Source: Candidatus Eiseniibacteriota bacterium (GTDB lineage Bacteria; Eisenbacteria; RBG-16-71-46). From it: 64,000 nucleotides of DNA. The position numbers and the translations under genes are program-made. Shown in pieces: positions 30,996 to 41,585 of this stretch. Location of the stretch: positions 1,184,001 through 1,248,000 of the forward strand of contig CAVQXP010000004.1 of NCBI GenBank assembly GCA_963717935.1. Reading direction: 5' to 3'. The stretch's first letter is position 1. Every line of letters begins with the position of its first letter. The notes beneath the pieces were generated by a model, which searched no databases, was not told the origin of the DNA, and saw only the letters and a program-made list of their open reading frames with translations.

Positions 30996-31903
30996 ACGCC
31001 GCCGCGCCGCTTCCCGTCCGCTCGCTGGACTCCTGCGTCGCCTGCGGCAGCGCCACGCTCCATCCGCTGCCGCTGGTCTACGAGTTCCACGGCCGGTTCC
31101 CGCTGGTCGAGTGCGGGGACTGCGGGCTGCGCTTCCTGCGCGTGCAGCCCGCGGGAGAGGGGCTCGCGGCGCTCTACTCGGCCGACTACTTCACGAGCGA
31201 CTTCCGCTGCGGGCGCAGCGCGGTGGCCTACTCCTCCGAGGAGCCGTTCCGCGCCGAGAACGCGAGCCTGCTCGAAGCGTTCGAGCGGCTCGGGCCGCGC
31301 GGCCGGCTGCTCGAGCTGGGCAGCGCCGGCGGCTGGCTGCTCAAGCACGCGCGCGAGCGCGGCTGGCAGGCGCAGGGCGTCGAGCTCTCCGCCGCAGCGG
31401 TGGCGCAGGCGCGCGCGCTCGGCCTCGAGGTGTTCCAGGGCGACCTGCTCACGGCCCCGCTGCCGGCAGACACGTTCGACCTGATCTACATGGGCGATGT
31501 GCTCGAGCACGTGCCCGACTGCCGCGCGGTGCTGGTCGAGGCGGCGCGCCTGCTCAAGACCGGTGGCCATCTCTACCTGCGCGGGCCCATCACCACCCAC
31601 TCGCTCGCGCGCCGCCTGGCGCTGGCGCTCTACGGCGCTGCGGGCCGCGCGATCGTGCTGCGCGAGCCGCCCTATCACCTCTGGGAGTTCACGCCGGGGC
31701 CGCTGGAGCACCTCTTCGCCTCGGCGGGACTCGAGGTGATCACGGCGCGGCAGAGCAAGATCCCGCCCGGCCGGGCGCACGGCGAGAAGTCGGCGCTCCA
31801 GCGGCTGGCGATGGGCGCGGTGGACGCCCTCAACCTGCCGCTCACCCGGCTGCTCAACGTCGCCGGCGACCGCATCGTGATGGTGGGCCGGAAGCAGGCG
31901 TGA
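30992..31903 (+). CDS. Class I SAM-dependent methyltransferase with N-terminal Zn ribbon
   Basis: CVAC..CGDC, LLELGSAGG, DVLEH, HLWEF. Confidence 0.8.
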   Translation: MNAAAPLPVRSLDSCVACGSATLHPLPLVYEFHGRFPLVECGDCGLRFLRVQPAGEGLAALYSADYFTSDFRCGRSAVAYSSEEPFRAENASLLEAFERLGPRGRLLELGSAGGWLLKHARERGWQAQGVELSAAAVAQARALGLEVFQGDLLTAPLPADTFDLIYMGDVLEHVPDCRAVLVEAARLLKTGGHLYLRGPITTHSLARRLALALYGAAGRAIVLREPPYHLWEFTPGPLEHLFASAGLEVITARQSKIPPGRAHGEKSALQRLAMGAVDALNLPLTRLLNVAGDRIVMVGRKQA

Positions 31904-32086
31904 CCTGGGGCCCGCCGGGCCACGGCCGTCGCGGTCCGCGGCCTGCCCGGACGCGGGCGAGATTCCGGTTGACAGCCTCCCCCGGCGGCCCAAGGATTGA
32001 TGCATCCGACCAGTGACCGGGTCGTCCCTCGCGGACGCCGCCGCGGTCCACCCACCGTCCAGCGGCGCCGAACCGACAGGTGAGCC

Positions 32087-34333
32087 ATGAGACACGCGCT
32101 GCGCATCTTCCTCCTCACGCTGGCCCTGATCCTCATCGCCCTGGCGCTCACGCCCAGGGCCACCCCGGCCCAGGTGCCGGATCCCTGTGACCCGAACCGC
32201 GAGATCCCGTACGGGTGGCACCTGCGGCCCGCACAGCCGTGCGACGGCGACACGTCACCCTCGTCTTCACGTCGTGCCGGGACTGCGTGGACCTGCTGGG
32301 CTTCGAATGGTGGACTCCGGTGCGGCGCGGCTCGACTGCGCGTGCCCGACGTCTGCCCGCTGACGCTGGTCTGCACGCCCGACACGGCTCGAGGTGCCGC
32401 TCGGGCGGCTCGGGCTCGGCGTCCACCAGATCGATTACGAGATCCGGGCGGCGTGGTCTACGGCGATCCACGGTCTCTGCACGGTGACGCGGTCCGCGAG
32501 CCCCGGTTTCGCGGTCGGCTGCGCCGGCGCCCGTGCCCGCCGGGCCATTGCCGTTCGTCACCCTCATCCGGATCGGCCCGCCGCCGCCTGCGACGGACCT
32601 GCCCGCCCCGCATCTGCCCCGCGACGCCGATTCGCCTCAGCGTCCGAGGGGATTCGCCGACGACTGCTTCCGTCTCCGGCGAGCTCGAGTTGCTGCCCTT
32701 CGCCGCTCGGGTCCGCGCCCGCGCCGCCCGTCGTGCGCGTCGTGGTGGCTGGAGAACGACTGCATGGGCTGCATGCTCGAGGGGCGCCCCGCGTGGTCGG
32801 CCGAGACGGTGCTCGCAGGACTGCCGCCCGGGACCTACGGCCTGCTCGTAGCAGCTCGACGTGACGGGCATTGCGCCTCGGACAGCGTCGCGTGGCGCTA
32901 CCGCGGTCACTCGCTCCTTCACGGTGCAGGACTCCTGCGACGGTCTCCGCCGCCGACCCTGCCTCATGCGCGGACTGGGATCACACGGGGACCATCGGGG
33001 CGTGCGATGCGATCGCGGGCCCCGGGCGGCCGGCGAAGGTGGGCATGACCATCGCGACCCGGGTACCGCTCGCGGGCCTGCAGGGCAAGCTGTCGCGTCG
33101 ACCCGGCCGGACTGCGCATCGCGCAACTCGAGCCGGTGGGGCAGGCCGAGGGCATGCACATCGCCTGGGTGCCGCGCACCGACGGCGCCGAACTTCGTCA
33201 TGTTCGCCGAGCAGGGCGCGCCCATCGGCGGCCTGCGCTGCGACTCGGCGTGCGCTGCATCCCGGCGCCGGTGCTGGCCGTCGTGCCTGGAGCCGGATGC
33301 GAAGGCGCGGTGCTGCCGCCGGTCACGCACCTGGTGGCGCACTCGCTGCTGGGCTCCGACTCCCTCGGCAACGCCGTGCCCGGCCTGCCAGATCATGACG
33401 CTGGTGGTGGTCGAGGCGCGGATCTGCGCCGGGGCTTCGTGCGACTTCAACCTGGACGGCTGGCTGGACATCCGCGACCTGGTGTCCATGGTTCGCTGCG
33501 TGCTGGGCACCGGGCCCTGCCCCGACACCTCGCTCGCGAGGCTCGACTGCAACCGGGACGGACGCCTCGGCGTGGACGACGTGCTGTGCTGCGCGCGCGT
33601 CATCCTGCGCGACGGCGAGCGCGACACCACGCTCGGCCGGCCCGAGCCGGCCGTGGCCGTGCACTTCGGCGAAGCGGCGTGGGAGGCCGGCGGGCTCCGG
33701 GTGCCGGTTCGCGTGCTGGGCGCCGACCGCCTGGGCGCGGCGCGCCTGGCGCTGACGCTGCCGCTCGACCGCTACGGGGTCACCGGCGTGGAGCTGGCCG
33801 CCGGGAATCCCGACTGGCTCGCCCTGCACGAGATCGTGGACGGGCGGCTGGTGCTGGGGCTCATCGGCCTCGGTCCCGCGGTCACGTCCGAGGAGCCGCA
33901 GGCGCTCGAACTGACGCTGCACCTGGCGCTCAAGCCCGGGCAGGATGCGGGCGGGGAGATCGGCCTTGCCGATCTGCAGGCCTCCGGCCCCGACGGGGTC
34001 ACGCTTGCGATCACGACCTCGCCGGGCCCGGTGTCGCTGCCCCTGCCGGGGTCGCTGATGCTCTCGGCGGCGCGGCCCAACCCGTTCACGCACGAGACGA
34101 GCTTCGCGCTGAACCTCGACCGCGCCACGGACGTGGACCTGTCCGTGCACGATCTGAGCGGACGGCGTGTCGCCACGCTGTTCCGCGGTGCGCTCGGGGC
34201 GGGGCCGCACGAGTTCGCCTGGCGCGGCACGCGCAGTGACGGCTCGAGCGCCGCGAACGGCATCTACTTCCTGCAGGCGCGCCTGGGCGCCGAGCGGTTC
34301 GCCCGCAAGGTGATCTTCCTGCGCGGGAACTGA
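32087..34333 (+). pseudogene. Large secreted Cys-rich protein with dockerin-like and C-terminal FlgD-Ig/T9SS-like domain; 5' part heavily frameshifted (probably sequencing error)
   Basis: Signal peptide at 32087; DFNLDG..DIRD and DCNRDG.L.VDD; PNPF, V.DLSGR.V.TL, W.G, G.YF; coding-like fragments switch frame repeatedly over about 32250-33390. Confidence 0.65.
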
Positions 34334-34390
34334 GCGACCAGCATCCGCGACGCGGGCGGGGCGGCTGCGTGGCCGTCCCGCCCGTCGCGT

Positions 34391-34419
34391 TTGACACCCC
34401 TGGGAGCGCTCCCTAGCCT
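34391..34419 (+). promoter_or_regulatory. Sigma70-type promoter, near-leaderless transcript
   Basis: TTGACA-N17-TAGCCT, 10 nt before ATG 34430, no SD. Confidence 0.55.
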
Positions 34420-34429
34420 CGGCGGGCTC

Positions 34430-35469
<1,040 letters not shown>

Positions 35470-35473
<4 letters not shown>

Positions 35474-36282
35474 GTACCCTCGCCCTCAACCTGCGCGCGA
35501 CCTGGGGGCGGGCCTACGGGCGCCTGGTCGGCGCCTTCCGCGAGCCGACCTGGCTCCTCACCGACGCCATCCTCCCGAACCTCGGCATGCTCGCCTTCGT
35601 CATGCTCTACCGGGCGCTGGGCGCGCCGCGCTCGTTCGAGGCCCTGGCCGTGGTGGGCGGGCTGCTCGCCACCTACTGGATCAACGTGCTGTGGGGGATG
35701 GGGGCGCAGTTCTACTGGGAGAAGCAGAGCGGCCAGTTGCAGCTCTACTTCGTCGCCCCCTGCTCGCGCATGGCCATCCTCTCGGGCATGGCGCTCGGCG
35801 GCTTCCTGCTGACCACGGCGCGCCTGGCGTTCGGGCTGTTCCTCGGCTTCGTCGTGATGGGCGTGCGGGTCGAGCCCTTCAGCCTGCCCGCGCTGCTCGG
35901 CGTGTTCGCGCTCACCATGGTGGCGCTCTACGCGCTGGGCATGGTGATGGCCTCGCTGTTCCTGCTCTGGGGGCGCGAGGCCTACCACCTGAGCAACGCG
36001 CTCTACCAGCCCGTCCAGTTCCTCTCGGGGCTCTACTTCCCGCTCAAGACGCTCGGGCCCCTGGGCATCGTCGCCGCCGGACTGGTGCCGCTCGGGCTCG
36101 GCGTGGACGCGCTGCGGCAGGTGCTGCTCGGCGCGGGTGCCCACGGGCTCATGCCGCTGCGCTTCGAGATCGCCCTGCTGGCCGCGCTCGGCGCGGTCTT
36201 CCTGTGGCTCGCGCGCGTCGCGCTCGCCTACCTCGAGTCGCTCGCCAAGCGCGAGGGCCGCCTGACGCAGAGGTGGCAGTGA
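35470..36282 (+). CDS. ABC-2 permease
   Basis: About six TM helices, EK..G.L, LSGLYFP. Confidence 0.85.
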
Positions 36283-37122
36283 GAGTGCTGGTCGCGCGCC
36301 TGCGCGCCTCGGCCTGGCTCGGGTTGCAGATCGAGTCCAACTGGACCGACCCGTTCCTGTTCACGGCCTACGCCATCACCCACCCGCTCGCCACCGCGCT
36401 GATCCTGGCCGGCATGTACTGGGCGGTGGGCGGCTCGGCCCAGGGCGCCGACACCTTCCGCGGCCTCTACCTGGGCAGCGCGTTCCACAACTACGTCGTC
36501 ATGGTGCTGGTCGGCATGGGCTGGATGATCGTCGAGGAGCGCGAGGAGTTCGAGACCCTCAAGTACGTCTACACCTCGCCCATCGGCATGTTCAACTACC
36601 TGGCCGGCCGCTCGCTGGTGAAGCTGGCGCTCGCGACCCTCAGCACCGTCGCTGACGCTCGCGGTGGGCTGGTTCCTGGTGGGGCTGCGCTGGGACTGGG
36701 CGGCGGTCCACTGGCTGCCGCTCGTCGCAGCACTCGGGCTCGGGGTGTTCGCCACCGTCTCGCTCGGCTTCTTCGTCGCCGGCTTCGCCATGCTCATGCC
36801 GCGCGCGGCGTTCACGCTGAACGACGGTATCGCGGTGGCGCTCTACCTGCTGTGCGGCGTGATCTTCCCCGTGGACCTGCTGCCGCGCGTACTGCAGTGG
36901 ATCGCACTCGCCCTGCCTTTCACCTGGTGGTACGAGGCGCTGCGCCGCTTCCTGCTCGGCCACGGCTCGAGCGCGCTGCTGAACGCGTGGTCCGACGGCG
37001 CGCTGATGCTCTGGCTGTTCGCCACCACGCTGGTCTTCAGCGTCGCCGCGCACCTGGCGTACCTCGCGCTCGAGCGCCGCGCGCGGCAGTTGGGGCGGCT
37101 GGACCAGACGACGCTGTTCTGA
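36279..37122 (+). CDS. ABC-2 permease (frameshift near 36650)
   Basis: EEREEFETL..Y.SP in the first frame, CGVIFP..LLP..LQ..A..LP in the second. Confidence 0.8.
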
Positions 37123-37205
37123 GGCGGGGGCGGTCAGGGGCGTGGAGGCCCGGAGCGGCGCAGACGTGGCCGAGGCCCGTCGGCAAACCGGGGCCGGAGG
37201 CCCGT

Positions 37206-37234
37206 TTGAACCCCCCCGCGTAAGCCGCTATAGT
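37206..37234 (+). promoter_or_regulatory. Sigma70 promoter of the tRNA operon
   Basis: TTGAAC-N17-TATAGT with GC-rich discriminator. Confidence 0.65.
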
Positions 37235-37266
37235 CCCGCGTCCGCGGGCGATTCGGCCTTCCTTGC

Positions 37267-37352
37267 GGAGGGATGGCCGAGTGGTTGAAGGCGGCGGTCT
37301 TGAAAACCGCTGAGCGAAAGCTCCGTGGGTTCGAATCCTACTCCCTCCGCCA
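37267..37352 (+). tRNA. tRNA-Ser (anticodon TGA)
   Basis: GGAGGGA/TCCCTCC acceptor, GCGGT-CT-TGA-AA-ACCGC, long variable arm, TTCGAAT, CCA. Confidence 0.95.
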
Positions 37353-37360
37353 GTACGTTT

Positions 37361-37452
37361 GGAGAGGTGGCCGAGTGGCTGAAGGCAGCCGCCTGCTAAG
37401 CGGTTGACTGGGTAAAACCGGTCCGGAGGTTCGAATCCTCTCCTCTCCGCCA
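37361..37452 (+). tRNA. tRNA-Ser (anticodon GCT)
   Basis: GCCGC-CT-GCT-AA-GCGGT, long variable arm, CCA. Confidence 0.95.
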
Positions 37453-37473
37453 GCACCGGGTCCAGAAGCACGC

Positions 37474-37550
37474 GCGCCCTTAGCTCAATTGGATAGAGCA
37501 TCTGACTACGGATCAGAAGGTTGGGGGTTCAAATCCTCCAGGGCGCGCCA
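37474..37550 (+). tRNA. tRNA-Arg (anticodon ACG)
   Basis: GCGCCCT/AGGGCGC acceptor, TCTGA-CT-ACG-GA-TCAGA, CCA. Confidence 0.95.
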
Positions 37551-37578
37551 TCCCACCTGTGGGCCTGAAGGAGTCGCC

Positions 37579-38302
37579 ATGATCCGTTGCGCCAGCCTCA
37601 CCGCGTTGGTCGCCCTCGCTGTCCTCGCCCCGCTCGCATCGCCCGCCCTCGCCGCGAAGCAGAAGGGCCGCACGCTGGACGTCATCACGACCGTGCCGGA
37701 CTTCGCGTCCTACGGCGTGAAGAGCATCGCCCTGCTGCCCATCGTCACGTTCGACGGGAGCCTGCCGGCCGAACGCACGGTGGCGGACCTGTGGGGCCGG
37801 AACTTCAGGGGCACCAGCTACCGCTGGATCTCGGCCACGACCGCGCGTGAGATGCTCCGGAGCGCGCTCGGCGACTCGACGGTGAAGGCTGGTGCGCGAG
37901 CAGATCCTCGAGAACGTGCGCGTGGACTCCCTGCACGCGCCCCTGCTCTGCGCCAGGCTGCGCACCAGCGCGGCGCTCTGCGTGCGCGTGGACCAGTGGG
38001 AGCAGCAGCCGATCCTGTGGAACCAGTCGGGCCGGCCCACGACCACGGTGCGGCTCAAGGCGGCGCTCGTGGACTCGTCGGGGGCGCTGCTCTGGAGCGC
38101 CTCGGGCAGCGAGACGAGCGAGGGGCCCTACCACGACCCGAACACGAACCCCATCAACGTGCGGAGTTCGTCCAGCCTGGATAACACGCCGGTCACCGGC
38201 CTGGGTGGCCCGCCCGCGTACGACCAGGTGCTCAACCAGCTGCTCCTGCGCTGGGCGCCGCAGTTCCCGCGCCCCGCCGGGGCGGGCGAGCCCGCGAAGT
38301 AG
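37579..38302 (+). CDS. Exported hypothetical protein (frameshift near 37887)
   Basis: SD AAGGAG; signal peptide; KSIALLP..F and LVD..G.LLWS pattern seen in LpoB/CsgG-like folds. Confidence 0.6.
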
Positions 38303-38330
38303 CGCCCGGACCGCGCGCGTCGGCCACCCG

Positions 38331-38828
38331 GTGTTCATCCACAGCGACGACGACGGCATGCGCGCCGCCCTGCGCGACGCGCGGACCGCGGCCGAGGCCG
38401 ACGAGGTGCCGGTGGGCTGCGTCGTGGTGCACGACGGGCTGGTCATCGGGCGCGGCCACAACCAGACCGTGACCCTGCAGGATGCCACCGCGCACGCCGA
38501 GGTCGTCGCCATCGGGGCGGCCTCGACCGCGCTGGGCTCGTGGCGGCTGCTCGACTGCACGATGTACGTCACGCTCGAACCGTGCGCGATGTGCGCGGGC
38601 GCGATCATCCTGGCCCGCGTGCCACGGCTGGTCTACGGCGCGTTCGACCCCAAGGCCGGCGCCTGCGGCTCGGTGCTCGACGTCATCCACGAGCCGCGAC
38701 TCAATCACCGCGTCGAGGTGACACCCGGCGTGCTCGCCGCGGAGTGCGGCGAGCTGCTGCGCGAGTTCTTTGCGAGGAAGCGCCGGAAAGCGGGCGGCGG
38801 CGACGCGGAGAACGGCCGGGCAGACTGA
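38331..38828 (+). CDS. tadA: tRNA adenosine(34) deaminase
   Basis: EVPVG, HAE, TLEPCAMC, D.K.GA, LNH, FF..KR. Confidence 0.92.
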   Translation: MFIHSDDDGMRAALRDARTAAEADEVPVGCVVVHDGLVIGRGHNQTVTLQDATAHAEVVAIGAASTALGSWRLLDCTMYVTLEPCAMCAGAIILARVPRLVYGAFDPKAGACGSVLDVIHEPRLNHRVEVTPGVLAAECGELLREFFARKRRKAGGGDAENGRAD

Positions 38829-39079
38829 GCCGCGCCCGCGCCGCTTGGGGAAGAACCGCCCCCGGGCGGCGTATCCATTCCGGGACGGGAGAAGCGCCCC
38901 GGGCGCGCGATCCACTTGCCGGCAGACACCCGCGCTGGACGGCGGGGCAGTCGAGGCGGGACGAACGACCGGCGCGGAGCCCCGCTCCGCCCGGTCGTCC
39001 TGTCTGATGGAGGGACACGGGACCGGGAACGAGAAGCCGTCATCCAAGGAACCGGGAAACCGGGGACAGGAGGTGGCTC

Positions 39080-39799
39080 ATGACCCGCACCGTCGCGCTG
39101 TCCCAGTTCATGCCCTACGGGGCGCCCGAGTTGCAGGGCGTCGCCCGGCCGCACATGGCGCGGGCGCTGCTCGTCAGCACCGCCCTCGGCACGCTGGCGT
39201 TCGCTGCGGCCGGCCTGGTGCAGATACTTCTGCCCGAGGCGTCCGTCGCCCGTCCGCCGGTCGTGGTCATCATCGGGGCTCCGCCGGCGCCCGCGCCCAT
39301 CGGTGCGGTCGCCCCGCCGCAACCCGTGGCCCCGGCCGCGCCCAGGCGCGCGACCGCCGGCATCGCCCTGCCGGTGCCCGATGATCAGGTGCCGGTGGAG
39401 AGGACCATCGCCGGCGTCGACGAGCTGCGCACCGCATCGCCCGGCACCGGGGCCGGCGACATGCCGATCGTCATCGAACAGCCCGCGCCCGTCGAGACAC
39501 TGCCGGGATTCAAGCAGTACGTCTACGTCGAGGAGATGCCGGCTCCCGTGCGTCGGGTGAGCCCCGAGTACCCGACGATCGCGAAGGAGGCGGGCGTGAG
39601 CGGGCTCGTGGTGGCGCACCTGCTCGTGGGGCGGGACGGACGTGTGCTCGACGTGCGGATCGACGAGGGCCACAGCATCGTGATGCTGAACGAGGCGGCC
39701 GTCCGCGCGGCGCGACAGTGGGTGTTCACGCCCGCGCTCGCGAACAACCAGCCCGTCGCCGTGTGGGTGGCGGTGCCGTTCAACTTCCGGTTGCACTAG
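39080..39799 (+). CDS. TonB-family energy transducer
   Basis: SD AGGAGG; N-terminal TM, Pro-rich linker, P.YP..A...G..G.V TonB C-terminal domain. Confidence 0.85.
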   Translation: MTRTVALSQFMPYGAPELQGVARPHMARALLVSTALGTLAFAAAGLVQILLPEASVARPPVVVIIGAPPAPAPIGAVAPPQPVAPAAPRRATAGIALPVPDDQVPVERTIAGVDELRTASPGTGAGDMPIVIEQPAPVETLPGFKQYVYVEEMPAPVRRVSPEYPTIAKEAGVSGLVVAHLLVGRDGRVLDVRIDEGHSIVMLNEAAVRAARQWVFTPALANNQPVAVWVAVPFNFRLH

Positions 39800-39880
39800 G
39801 GCGGCGGCGCGTCAGCCGGCCGCGAAACGAGACGCCCGCACGGGGCTCCGTGCGGGCGTCGTCACGAGCCGGCAGGAAGC

Positions 39881-40330
39881 TCAGGCCGCCTTCGGGGCTG
39901 CGGCGTTCGCGAGCGCGTCCGCCGCCGGGCCCAGCTTGACCTCGCGCGTGGCGTGCGTCAGCACGTAGATCCGCATGTTGTTGCTCGAGGGGTCTGAGGG
40001 CGTGATGAAGAAGCCGCTGCGGTCCGGCATGTACGTCAGCGTATAGCCGAAGACCAGCTCGCCGTCCTTGAAACGGATCGCGATCTTCTTGCCGCGGCTG
40101 ATGTCGATCGTCGCCCGGCCGAAGCCGCGCTCTTCGTTTCGCTTCGGGTCGCCGGCGAAGTCCTTGACGAAGAACACCGCCTTCAGCTCCTTGCAGAGGA
40201 TGTCCTGCAACTCGGTGGCGCCGACCTGTCGGAGATGAAAGCTGGGCCGGTTGGGGAAGAAGTCCTCGGTCGTGCCCTTCAGCACCCGGCCGTCCGAGTA
40301 CCGCACGACGACCTTGTTCGTTTCGCCCAT
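39881..40330 (-). CDS. Conserved hypothetical protein (DUF6982-like, duplicated beta module)
   Basis: KVVVRY.DG..LKG, LKAVFFV..F.G, F.DGE...G. Confidence 0.65.
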   Translation of the reverse strand: MGETNKVVVRYSDGRVLKGTTEDFFPNRPSFHLRQVGATELQDILCKELKAVFFVKDFAGDPKRNEERGFGRATIDISRGKKIAIRFKDGELVFGYTLTYMPDRSGFFITPSDPSSNNMRIYVLTHATREVKLGPAADALANAAAPKAA

Positions 40331-40461
40331 GACGTTGCCTCCGAAGGGGCGGGTCCGCACCCGGTCCCGCGGGACCGTCGCGCGGGGTATGGCCAATCCC
40401 CCAGCCCACCGTAATCATCGGCAGGCCGGGGTAGGAGCTTGAGGGGGCGGAGGAGGGGCCT

Positions 40462-40505
40462 GAAAAGCCCACGCCCCGCGGGCTGGAAGGCCCGCGGGGC
40501 GTGGG
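40462..40505 (-). terminator. Intrinsic terminator (minus strand)
   Basis: Perfect 16-bp stem CCCACGCCCCGCGGGC/GCCCGCGGGGCGTGGG followed by CTTTT on the minus strand. Confidence 0.7.
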
Positions 40506-40697
40506 TGACTGTCTCGCGGTGGCCGGGCGTCAGAAGCCGAAGTCGAGCCGTGCCGTGGCCAGGTCCTCGGTCGGATCGTCGCTGGCGGGCGTGGCATGCG
40601 AGGCCGGCCCAGCGTCGATGGGCTGGTGCCCAAGACGCGGCGACCACCCCCCGAGGGGAGTGGTCGCCGGTGACCGGGGCCTGTCGGTCGCTGGGAG

Positions 40698-41417
40698 CTA
40701 ACGGTAGATGGCCTTGAGTGAACCCCAGGTGCCGGACTTGGCCGGGGTGGCGCAGTCCGGGACGAGCGAGATGGTGATGGAGTTGAAGTTCCACCAGGCG
40801 CCCAGCGTCCGTGTCGGGTCGCAGGCGGGGTCGAGCATGGCCGGATAGCCGGCCGGCATGACATCGCCGAGGTCCGTGGTGCCCACGCGGCTGCCGTTGC
40901 CGATCGAGAAGGCCATGCAGAGGGTCGGGTAGTTGTCGAAGTGCGCCGCCGCCTGGACGTTCGTGATCGCCGAGACGGGGATCCAGTTGGAGTAGGTGAC
41001 GGTCTCGTACTCGACGTAGCTGTCGAACACGCCCGGATAGTCCGGGTCGCCGTTCGCCCACGGGCCGGTGCCGCTCAGCCAGAAGATCCCGCCGGAGAAG
41101 GGCATCATGTACGTGCGCGTGCCGTAGCCCTGGGCATTGACGGTGCTGTAGAGCAACGTGGCCGGAGCCGTCGCGGTGCCGCAGGTGTACTTCCACACGC
41201 TGCTCAGCGTCGCGCCGTCCCAGGAGCCGCAGTTCTGCGTGGTCGAGGCCAGGAGCGCGCCTCCGCTCGCATCCCAGCCCTCGGTGTAGCGCCCGGCAGG
41301 GATGGTGCCGCCGATGTCCGTGCTCAGGTAATCGCCGGGCAGCGGCGCCGCGGCCAGGGACATCGTCGCCGACAGTGCCAGTGCCGCCAGGATCGCCAGA
41401 GTAGCCAGCTTCTTCAT
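40698..41417 (-). CDS. Secreted protein with C-terminal TWGSLKAIYR motif
   Basis: SD AAGGAGG; Sec signal peptide; Thr/Gly/Cys-rich body. Confidence 0.8.
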   Translation of the reverse strand: MKKLATLAILAALALSATMSLAAAPLPGDYLSTDIGGTIPAGRYTEGWDASGGALLASTTQNCGSWDGATLSSVWKYTCGTATAPATLLYSTVNAQGYGTRTYMMPFSGGIFWLSGTGPWANGDPDYPGVFDSYVEYETVTYSNWIPVSAITNVQAAAHFDNYPTLCMAFSIGNGSRVGTTDLGDVMPAGYPAMLDPACDPTRTLGAWWNFNSITISLVPDCATPAKSGTWGSLKAIYR

Positions 41418-41570
41418 GTTCGTACCTCCTTCACAAGGGAACCGCTGCGTGGACCGAGGAGACAGTCGGCCCGGGCCCGCCTTGCGACCGAGGCGTGCAC
41501 GTGTCTGAAACCAGGAGGGGATTGTGGGGCTTGACGTGCGTTCCCGCCATGCTGCCGGTCAAGTCGGGGC

Positions 41571-41584
41571 TTGACCGGCGTCAA
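41571..41584. promoter_or_regulatory. FNR-type binding site
   Basis: TTGAC-CGGC-GTCAA, a variant of TTGAT-N4-ATCAA. Confidence 0.5.
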
Positions 41585-41585
41585 G

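Noticed and set aside
37267..37352. tRNA with TGA in its anticodon as tRNA-Sec or an opal suppressor
   Set aside because: Anticodon UGA reads UCA (Ser). tRNA-Sec needs anticodon UCA and an extended acceptor stem. No tRNA-Sec is in the window.
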